A stretch of DNA of 36,066 bases. Origin: Candidatus Woesearchaeota archaeon. GTDB lineage: Archaea; Nanobdellota; Nanobdellia; Pacearchaeales; GW2011-AR1. This document shows positions 17,507-24,398 of this stretch, piece after piece. The translations under genes and the position numbers were made by a program. A model generated the notes under the pieces. That model was not told the DNA's origin. It was given only the letters and a program-made list of their open reading frames with translations, and made no database searches. The stretch lies in contig CAYNJW010000002.1 in the NCBI GenBank assembly GCA_964397665.1, forward strand, positions 12,525 to 48,590. Direction: 5' to 3'. Every line of letters starts with the position of its first letter. Position 1 is the first letter of the stretch.

Positions 17507-17977
17507 TTACTTTGAACTTGTAATTACTTTTCCAACAACACCTGCAGCAATTAATAAAACCACTAATCCTGTCCACTTACTTTCTCCAAGAGATTTGAAA
17601 AACCCAAAATTAATAACCCAATTGAAAACATAGGAAGAAGAAATTACAAAAATTAAAATTAAAACTGCCAAAACTGCTAAAGCAACCTTATTTCCAATTA
17701 ACTTATCTAATCCTTTTCCATGAGTGAAACTAAGAAGAGTTAAAATAAAAAACAAACAAACAACAAAAACGACAACCCATGAAGAACTGACTCTTACAAA
17801 CTCAACAAGAGAAGCATTGAAAATAAAAAAAGAAGATAAAAAAAGAGAAATCATTAAAGCAACAGCATTGTTTTCTCCCAAAATTCCAGTTTTTATAAGT
17901 AATGCATAAATTAAAACAAATACAAATAAAAAACTAATAATCGGCATAAAATAACCAATCGTTGAAACATCTACCAT
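17507..17977 (-). CDS. Membrane protein, tandem paralog 3 of 3
   Basis: The opening is MPIISFLFVFVLIYALLIKTGILGENNAVALMISLFL, followed by 4-5 helices. It starts 2 nt after the stop of paralog 2. Confidence 0.6.
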   Translation of the reverse strand: MVDVSTIGYFMPIISFLFVFVLIYALLIKTGILGENNAVALMISLFLSSFFIFNASLVEFVRVSSSWVVVFVVCLFFILTLLSFTHGKGLDKLIGNKVALAVLAVLILIFVISSSYVFNWVINFGFFKSLGESKWTGLVVLLIAAGVVGKVITSSK

Positions 17978-17979
17978 AA

Positions 17980-18501
17980 TTAACTATTTCCTTTGGTCCC
18001 CTTTTTATTAGGGCTTATGACTGCTTTAATTAATAATCCCAAACCAACGATAAAAACAACTGTCCAAAAATAATCTTGAATCCAATAACCTACTCCTCCG
18101 CCGACTCCAAAATCATTACCCCATCTGATAAACGCCCAAATAACTACTACACCTCCAATTGTCCAACCAAGCCAAGACAAATTTGCATCTTTAATCTCTC
18201 CGGAAAAAAATAACCCAACAAAGATTAAAACAACCAAAAGAATTGAAATACCAATACCAAATAACGGGAAAATACTTTCAAAAAAAGTTTTAACAAAACC
18301 AAATTGCAAAGAAACCAATCCAATTGCTAAAGCAAGGATCGCATTTATGCCTTTTACCTTATCCTCTAAACCAAAAATTTGAGACTTTTGTAAAATTCCA
18401 AATGTAACAGCAAAAATAATTAAAAAAGGAAGAACATATGAAAAAAAACCAAAGTTATACCACTGTTCTAAAATACCTTCAAGATTCATCATTGGAGCCA
18501 T
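17980..18501 (-). CDS. Membrane protein, tandem paralog 2 of 3
   Basis: The opening is VLPFLIIFAVTFGILQKSQIFGLEDKVKGINAILALAIGL. The same motif order is seen in 18547..19029. Confidence 0.6.
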   Translation of the reverse strand: MAPMMNLEGILEQWYNFGFFSYVLPFLIIFAVTFGILQKSQIFGLEDKVKGINAILALAIGLVSLQFGFVKTFFESIFPLFGIGISILLVVLIFVGLFFSGEIKDANLSWLGWTIGGVVVIWAFIRWGNDFGVGGGVGYWIQDYFWTVVFIVGLGLLIKAVISPNKKGTKGNS

Positions 18502-18546
18502 AACAAATTAGAGAATACTTTATTTATATATGTTTTGTTTAAAAAT

Positions 18547-19029
18547 TCATTCTTTACTTTTTCCGCCGATAGCGGCTGCAACTGCCCCACCGACTATTGC
18601 CAACATGATTACTGTCGGCAACCAAGAACCAACATTACTTGAACCAGTAAAAAACTTATTATAGAAACCTGAAAAATAAATTACTAACACTACTACAAAA
18701 ATAGCTGACAAGGCAAGAAAGGTATTCTTAATTCCCTTTCCTAACTTTAATCCATCTTTATTATCGCTTGCAACAAAACCGTATAATACTAAAAAAATTA
18801 AAATTACAACCAAACCAACGCCTAACCAAGGAATTAAATTTACAATAAAATTTCTTGCAATAGGCACACTAATTAAAATTAATCCTACAACTAAAGAAAT
18901 TAAAGCATCTATTTGATTTTTCTTTTCTCCTAACGCTTTTGTTTTTTGTAACACTGCGAAAACTAAAACAAAAACTAGTAAAAAAGGTAAAACACCTTCA
19001 ATGAATAATGGAGTATCTAATGGCCACAT
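18547..19029 (-). CDS. Membrane protein, tandem paralog 1 of 3
   Basis: The opening is VLPFLLVFVLVFAVLQKTKALGEKKNQIDALISLVVGL, and the protein has a Gly/Ala-rich last helix. It has its own TATA box at -28. Confidence 0.6.
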   Translation of the reverse strand: MWPLDTPLFIEGVLPFLLVFVLVFAVLQKTKALGEKKNQIDALISLVVGLILISVPIARNFIVNLIPWLGVGLVVILIFLVLYGFVASDNKDGLKLGKGIKNTFLALSAIFVVVLVIYFSGFYNKFFTGSSNVGSWLPTVIMLAIVGGAVAAAIGGKSKE

Positions 19030-19049
19030 GATTATTTATATTATCAATA

Positions 19050-19057
19050 TTTTATAA
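19050..19057 (-). promoter_or_regulatory. TATA box TTTATAAA, 28 nt upstream of ATG 19029
   Basis: Exact consensus octamer. Confidence 0.5.
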
Positions 19058-19080
19058 ATGTTCCTAAAAATAATTAATTT

Positions 19081-19374
19081 TTACAAAAGGTCTTCTTCAT
19101 CTAAATTCAAGTCTTCTTCGGGTAATTGAACAGGGACTGCATTTCTATTAATAATAACGATGTCACCAATAGCTTTTAAAAATTGTTGTGGAACTATAAT
19201 TCCTCTAGCACCGCCAAGTAAGGCACTAATCCCTGATTCTCTTGCAACAACAATTCTCCAACCATCAACTTTATTATCAATTAAATTCACTTCCTCAACA
19301 AGACCAAATAAATCTCCTGAGTCTGTATAAACTCTCTTCCCGATAACTTCTGTTAATCTTTTTATCTTCAACAT
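19081..19374 (-). CDS. Small PRC-barrel domain protein (CdpB-like size and architecture)
   Basis: MLKIKRLTEVIGKRVYTDSGDLFGLVEEVNLIDNKVDGWRIVV...IIVPQQFLKAIGDIVIIN is a typical PRC-barrel pattern, with an acidic tail. The track start at 19380 is a TTG. ATG 19374 lies 28 nt from the TATA-like box 19395..19402. Confidence 0.7.
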   Translation of the reverse strand: MLKIKRLTEVIGKRVYTDSGDLFGLVEEVNLIDNKVDGWRIVVARESGISALLGGARGIIVPQQFLKAIGDIVIINRNAVPVQLPEEDLNLDEEDLL

Positions 19375-19394
19375 AAACAAATAATAAATCTTTC

Positions 19395-19402
19395 ATTTAA
19401 AT
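19395..19402 (-). promoter_or_regulatory. TATA-like palindrome ATTTAAAT, 28 nt upstream of ATG 19374
   Basis: Used to choose the PRC-barrel start. Confidence 0.45.
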
Positions 19403-19441
19403 ACATTTCTATAGTCTAGTTTAAAATAGTATTCGGATAAG

Positions 19442-19449
19442 TTTATAAA
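19442..19449 (+). promoter_or_regulatory. TATA box TTTATAAA, 28 nt upstream of ATG 19470
   Basis: Exact consensus octamer. Confidence 0.5.
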
Positions 19450-19469
19450 AAATAATTCCATAGATAATT

Positions 19470-20090
19470 ATGGATAAACAAAAGTTATTAAATGAAATCA
19501 CAATAATCTTTCTAGCATCAATTATTTTGAGTATCTCTACGACTTTTTTTAACTTATCTAATTTTTTAATTACTCTCATTTATTTTATAATAATTATTGG
19601 ATCAAATTTTTTAATTAAAAAACTTGTAGCATATTACTATGAATCAGATATAAATTTAAAATTCTGGTCGTTACAAAATTATGGACTTAAAGCAAAGGCT
19701 CATTTTAAAAAACCACTTATGATGTTATGGCTACCTTTACTCCTTGCACCTTTAAACTGGAAATGGTTTGCAATTTTAGAAACAGAAATTATAGCAAAAA
19801 CTGAAAGAGTTTCTAAAAGACATGGACTTTATAGATTTTCTGCAATCACTGAGTGGCATATTGCCTTAATTACTGGTGCAGGAATTATTTTGAATATTTT
19901 ACTTTCAATAATAGGATATAGTTTTAATCTTGAGATATTTAGTAAACTGAGCATATACTATGCTGCCTGGTCAATTATCCCTTTATCAAATTTAGATGGA
20001 AGTAAAATATTATTTGGAAATAGAACACTATGGTTATTTCTAACAATCATAATCTTTATAACTTTGAGTTGGGGAATAGTTATTTTTTAA
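19470..20090 (+). CDS. Membrane protein resembling site-2 protease (M50) but without an HExxH motif
   Basis: The C-terminal AAWSIIPLSNLDGSKILFGN matches the M50 NxxPxxxLDG motif. Where HExxH is expected the sequence reads IIGSNFLIKKLVAYY. Confidence 0.35.
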   Translation: MDKQKLLNEITIIFLASIILSISTTFFNLSNFLITLIYFIIIIGSNFLIKKLVAYYYESDINLKFWSLQNYGLKAKAHFKKPLMMLWLPLLLAPLNWKWFAILETEIIAKTERVSKRHGLYRFSAITEWHIALITGAGIILNILLSIIGYSFNLEIFSKLSIYYAAWSIIPLSNLDGSKILFGNRTLWLFLTIIIFITLSWGIVIF

Positions 20091-20107
20091 GAAACTCTTT
20101 TTAAAAT

Positions 20108-20320
20108 TTACTTTTTCTTCTGAAAAAAAACTATGTAAATAATTGGTAAAATTCCAAGTGTATTAAAAATAAAAATAAAAATAAACCACTTTAATTGTTT
20201 ATTTTTTCCAGATTTCCAAAGAGCTAAACCCTTCCAAATTAATTCCCAAAGAAAAAGAAAAATAATAATACTAACTGAAATTCCAAATACTCTTGCAAAT
20301 TCTTGTAAAAGATTTACCAT
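20108..20320 (-). CDS. Small two-helix membrane protein (DUF5652-like)
   Basis: LWELIWKGLALWKSGKNKQLKWFIFIFIFNTLGILPIIYIVFF resembles, from memory, a small membrane family common in CPR/DPANN genomes. Its ATG is 29 nt from the shared TATA box. Confidence 0.45.
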   Translation of the reverse strand: MVNLLQEFARVFGISVSIIIFLFLWELIWKGLALWKSGKNKQLKWFIFIFIFNTLGILPIIYIVFFQKKK

Positions 20321-20341
20321 AATTTAAAATTAATTCATAAC

Positions 20342-20349
20342 TTTATAAA
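20342..20349. promoter_or_regulatory. Palindromic TATA box TTTATAAA shared by divergent genes (ATG 20320 minus, ATG 20371 plus)
   Basis: The spacer 20321..20370 is exactly 50 nt (21 + 8 + 21). The 15-mer AACTTTATAAACTCT (20339..20353) is identical to 6233..6247. Confidence 0.55.
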
Positions 20350-20370
20350 CTCTACTAAATTTCATATAAA

Positions 20371-21918
20371 ATGGTAATAGAAGAACTAAAAATGAAACCT
20401 AGGGACTATCAGACCTCAATTTTGCAAACTTGTCTAAAGGAAAATTGTTTGGTTGTTCTTCCTACTGGAACGGGAAAAACCTTAATAGCTATGATGTTAG
20501 CGATTGAAGAATTTAAAAAAAACCCTTTGAAGAAAGTTCTTATTCTTGCTCCAACAAAACCACTAATTGAACAACACCTTAAATCCTTTAAAGAAAAACT
20601 TCCTGAAAATTGGGCAGATATGCAATTATTTACTGGAACAACCATAGCAAAAAAAAGAAAACAAATATGGCAAACTGCAGAATTTATTTTTTCAACACCA
20701 CAATGCATATCAAATGATCTAAAAAATAATTTATACACTCTTGAAGATGTTTCTCTTTTAATAGTGGATGAATGTCATAGATGTCTAAAAAATTATGCTT
20801 ACAATCTAATTGCCCAAAAATTTAAAACACAATCTATAAATGGAAAAGTTTTAGGACTTACTGCATCTCCTGGATCTGATAAAATGACAATTCAAAAAGT
20901 TTGTGAAAATCTGGGAATAACTTCTGTAGAAATAAGAACGCGTGAAAGTCCTGATGTAAAACCCTATTTGCAAGAACTAAAATATGATAAAATTCATGTA
21001 AATTTTCCTGCAGAATTTGAAGAAATAAGACAATTATTAAAATCAATCTATGAAGACAAAGTTAGAGAATTAAAAAATCGGAAAGTTCTTTTTGGATTTG
21101 CCTCTAAAACATCATTATTGGAAACTCAAAGAAAAATAATGAGGGCCTTATCCTCTGGAACACGTTCTATAAATATGATGGTTTCGGCATCTACCTGTGC
21201 ACAAGCAATTAAATTACAACATGCTATTGAATTATTGGAAACCCAAACAAAATCTTCTTTTATTTCTTACTTGAAAGAATTATATAAACAAGCTGAAGAG
21301 AAAAAATCAAAAGGTGTCCAAAAATTAGTAAAAGATATAAGATTTGGAAAAGCATATACCTTAGCAACTATTTTAAAAATGGAGCATCCAAAATTGGAAA
21401 GATTGTTTGGATTAGTTGAAACAAAAATTATAGATGAACCAGATTCAAAAATAATTATCTTTGCACAATTTAGAGACACTGTAAAAACTATTGCGGAAAT
21501 CTTAGAAAAAATTCCAAATATAAAACCTGGAATCTTTGTAGGACAAGCAATAAAAGATCATGGAAAAGGAAAGACCACTGGCATGAAACAAAAACAACAA
21601 AAACAAATGATAAGGGATTTTTCAGAAGGGAAAATTAATGTTCTTGTTGCAACATCTATAGCAGAAGAAGGACTAGACATTCCGGAAGTTAATGAGGTAA
21701 TTTTTTATGAACCTGTCCCATCGGCAATAAGATCTATTCAAAGAGCTGGAAGAACAGCAAGACTAATGAAAGGTTCTCTAAAAATATTAATCACAAAAGG
21801 AACAAGAGACCAAACTTATCATTATGTTGCAAATGCAAAAGAGAGAAAAATGCATAAAGCAATTGAAGATATTAAAAAAGATTATTCAAATAAAACTCAA
21901 AGAAAACTATCTTTCTAA
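20371..21918 (+). CDS. hef: Hef/FANCM-type SF2 helicase (helicase part only)
   Basis: The motifs are RDYQ, LPTGTGKT, VDECHR, GLTASPG, and VLVATSIAEEGLDIPEVN..QRAGRTAR. An inserted helical domain lies between the RecA lobes, as in Hef. Confidence 0.85.
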   Translation: MVIEELKMKPRDYQTSILQTCLKENCLVVLPTGTGKTLIAMMLAIEEFKKNPLKKVLILAPTKPLIEQHLKSFKEKLPENWADMQLFTGTTIAKKRKQIWQTAEFIFSTPQCISNDLKNNLYTLEDVSLLIVDECHRCLKNYAYNLIAQKFKTQSINGKVLGLTASPGSDKMTIQKVCENLGITSVEIRTRESPDVKPYLQELKYDKIHVNFPAEFEEIRQLLKSIYEDKVRELKNRKVLFGFASKTSLLETQRKIMRALSSGTRSINMMVSASTCAQAIKLQHAIELLETQTKSSFISYLKELYKQAEEKKSKGVQKLVKDIRFGKAYTLATILKMEHPKLERLFGLVETKIIDEPDSKIIIFAQFRDTVKTIAEILEKIPNIKPGIFVGQAIKDHGKGKTTGMKQKQQKQMIRDFSEGKINVLVATSIAEEGLDIPEVNEVIFYEPVPSAIRSIQRAGRTARLMKGSLKILITKGTRDQTYHYVANAKERKMHKAIEDIKKDYSNKTQRKLSF

Positions 21919-21929
21919 AGACATATATT

Positions 21930-21937
21930 TTTATAAA
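21930..21937 (+). promoter_or_regulatory. TATA box TTTATAAA, 29 nt upstream of ATG 21959
   Basis: Exact consensus; implies cmk and the nuclease gene have a promoter separate from the helicase gene. Confidence 0.5.
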
Positions 21938-21958
21938 TCTAAAGAATAACTCTTCTTT

Positions 21959-22498
21959 ATGGTAATTATCACAATATCTGGTTATCCTGGTTCTGGAAAA
22001 GATGATGTTGGAAAAATTCTTGAAAAGAAATTAGGATATAGTTTACTTTCTATTGGAAATACTCGTAGAAAGATGGCTAAAAAAAGAGGAATGACTATTC
22101 AGGAATTTAACTTAATTAAAGATCCAAAAATAGATACAATCCCTGATAGATATCAACGAATGCTTGGAAGAACTGCAGATAATTTTATTTTTGAAGGGAG
22201 ATTATCTTGGAAATTCATTCCCGAATCTTATAAAATATTTTTAACAGTAAATCCACAAATAGGAGCAGAAAGAATCTATAATGCAAGAAGAACTTCAGAA
22301 CTTGAATGTTCCACGATTGAAGAACAAAGAAAAATTAATTTTAATAGATGTATAAATGATCAAGAAAGATATCTTAAAAATTATGGTATAAAAAATTGTT
22401 ATGACTTGAGACATTTTAATATCATAATAGATACTTCAAAAAAATCTCAAGAAGAAGTAGCGGAAGAAATTATAAAATTTACGAAGCTTATGAAATGA
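21959..22498 (+). CDS. cmk: Archaeal-type cytidylate (CMP) kinase-like P-loop kinase with unusual Walker A (GSGKDD)
   Basis: IITISGYPGSGKDDVGKILEKKLGYSLLSIGNTRRKMAKKRGMTIQEFN matches the archaeal Cmk layout. The Ser/Thr after the P-loop Lys is replaced by Asp, verified in the DNA as GGA AAA GAT GAT. Confidence 0.6.
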   Translation: MVIITISGYPGSGKDDVGKILEKKLGYSLLSIGNTRRKMAKKRGMTIQEFNLIKDPKIDTIPDRYQRMLGRTADNFIFEGRLSWKFIPESYKIFLTVNPQIGAERIYNARRTSELECSTIEEQRKINFNRCINDQERYLKNYGIKNCYDLRHFNIIIDTSKKSQEEVAEEIIKFTKLMK

Positions 22499-23184
22499 AA
22501 AAACAAATAGAAAATATTTTCTCTAAAGAAAAAGAAATAGCAAAAGAAATACCAAATCCAAATACACCAATAATTATAGATACTAGAGAAAAACAGTCTT
22601 TAGTAACTGCTTACTTAAAAGAAAATTTAGCAAATACCGCTTTTGAAAAATTAGAAATTGCAGATTATTTAGTTGGAGAAATTGCTATTGAAAGAAAAAC
22701 CTTCTCAGACTTTCTTTCAAGCATGATTAATAAACGACTAATTGAACAATTAAAGGAAATCAAGAAATATCCAAAATATTTTTTAATCTTGGAAAATTTC
22801 TATCATAATTATGAAGATTTCAATATTCATAAAAATGCCATAAAAGGTATGCTACTCTCAGTAATAACTAACTTTCAAGTCCCAATAATTTATTCAAAAA
22901 ATGAAAAAGATACTTCAGAATTCTTGATACTTTTAGCAAAACAACAAGAAAAAGAAAAAAAGGAAATGACAATAAGACCTCAAAAAACTCTAAAAAGTAT
23001 TAAAGAACAAAAAAGATTTGCACTTGAAGGATTTCCAGGAATTGGTGCAACACTTTCAAAAAAACTTATCAAAGAATTTCCAAATCTTAAAGAAATTTTC
23101 TTAGCATCAAAAGAAGAATTAAGGCAAATAGTAAACTTTACTGACGATAAAATTGATAAATTTAAAACAGTTTTAGAAGATTAA
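22495..23184 (+). CDS. xpf: XPF/ERCC4-type nuclease with C-terminal HhH2 (nuclease part of Hef)
   Basis: The motifs are IIIDTREK, LEIADYLVGEIAIERKTFSDFLSS (ERK motif) and HhH LEGFPGIGATLSKKLIKEFPNL. The start overlaps the cmk stop (ATGA). Confidence 0.85.
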   Translation: MKKQIENIFSKEKEIAKEIPNPNTPIIIDTREKQSLVTAYLKENLANTAFEKLEIADYLVGEIAIERKTFSDFLSSMINKRLIEQLKEIKKYPKYFLILENFYHNYEDFNIHKNAIKGMLLSVITNFQVPIIYSKNEKDTSEFLILLAKQQEKEKKEMTIRPQKTLKSIKEQKRFALEGFPGIGATLSKKLIKEFPNLKEIFLASKEELRQIVNFTDDKIDKFKTVLED

Positions 23185-24374
23185 GGACCTAAAGAAAAAA
23201 AAGAAAATTCAGTTTTTTCTGCTAATTTCTTAACATCTTCTAAAGTTACTTTTAAAATTTCTTTTTCAAAATTATAAAAACTTTCAGGTTTTCCCTCAAT
23301 CCAAGAAACCAATAATTCTCTTGCAACTTCATCAGAACTTTCCAATGAAACTTTATTTGAACCCAACAATTTTGTTTTTGCTTCTGTTAACTCTTCTTCA
23401 GTTAAATTAGCCATTTTCCTAAACTCTTCTAAACAAACAGCTTTTACTTCTTCAACTTTTGAAGGATCAGTTCCTGCCCAAATCATTAGATATCCATAAT
23501 CAACACCAGAATCGAAGGCAGTTTTAACCCCATAAACTAGTCCCCTTTTTTCTCTAACTTCTGTAAATAATCTTGAAGACATTCCGCCACCTAAAATATC
23601 TGAAAAAACTTCTGCAGCAAATCTATTTGTATCATTTGCTTTTGGAAAATGAAAACCGAGAGCAATATTTGATTGTTGCAAATTGCTACGATGTTCTTCC
23701 TCTTTAGCTGTTCTCTCAATAATCTCAGGTTTAGAAATCTTATTAAAAGCTCTTTCAATTTGAAACTCCTCTGCTAATTTCAATACTTCTTCAAAACTAT
23801 TATTTCCAACAACTATCATAACCGAATTATGAGGTGTATAAACTTCTCGATGTTTTTTCAACAAAATTTCTCTCGTCATTCCCCTAACATTTTCTTGAGG
23901 ACCCCCAATAAACATCCCAAAAGGTTTAGCGTAACATTGTTCCTTAATCGATTCTAGCGTGTGTGCTCGAGGATTATCATAATACATTTTAATCTCCTCA
24001 CAAATTACTTCTGCTTCTCTTTTTACATCCTCCTCTGGAAAAATAGGATTATAATAAATATCAAATAAAACTTCAACAACTTTTTTTAAATGAACTGAGG
24101 GAAATTTTGCATGATATGCTGTAACTTCTTCTGAAGTAAATGCATTTAGAATACCTCCAACACCTTCTATCTCTTTTGCAATTTCTTTCGCAGTTCTTTT
24201 TTCAGTTCCTTTGAAACACAAATGCTCAATAAAATGTGCCATCCCTTTTTCACTTTCAGTCTCATATCTTGACCCATATTTTGTTCCTAACATAACCGTT
24301 GTTACTGGAACATCCCTTTTCTCATGTAAAACTGTTAATCCATTAGACAAAACCTTTTTGCTAAATTCTACCAT
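23181..24374 (-). CDS. M16 (pitrilysin/insulinase) family zinc peptidase
   Basis: The inverted zinc motif is HFIEHLCFKGT, followed by EGVGGILNAFTSEE, in a two-domain M16 layout. The track start at 24377 is a TTG, and the adjacent ATG at 24374 is used here. Confidence 0.85.
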   Translation of the reverse strand: MVEFSKKVLSNGLTVLHEKRDVPVTTVMLGTKYGSRYETESEKGMAHFIEHLCFKGTEKRTAKEIAKEIEGVGGILNAFTSEEVTAYHAKFPSVHLKKVVEVLFDIYYNPIFPEEDVKREAEVICEEIKMYYDNPRAHTLESIKEQCYAKPFGMFIGGPQENVRGMTREILLKKHREVYTPHNSVMIVVGNNSFEEVLKLAEEFQIERAFNKISKPEIIERTAKEEEHRSNLQQSNIALGFHFPKANDTNRFAAEVFSDILGGGMSSRLFTEVREKRGLVYGVKTAFDSGVDYGYLMIWAGTDPSKVEEVKAVCLEEFRKMANLTEEELTEAKTKLLGSNKVSLESSDEVARELLVSWIEGKPESFYNFEKEILKVTLEDVKKLAEKTEFSFFSLGP

Positions 24375-24398
24375 CAATCAATATTACAACTTGACTTT

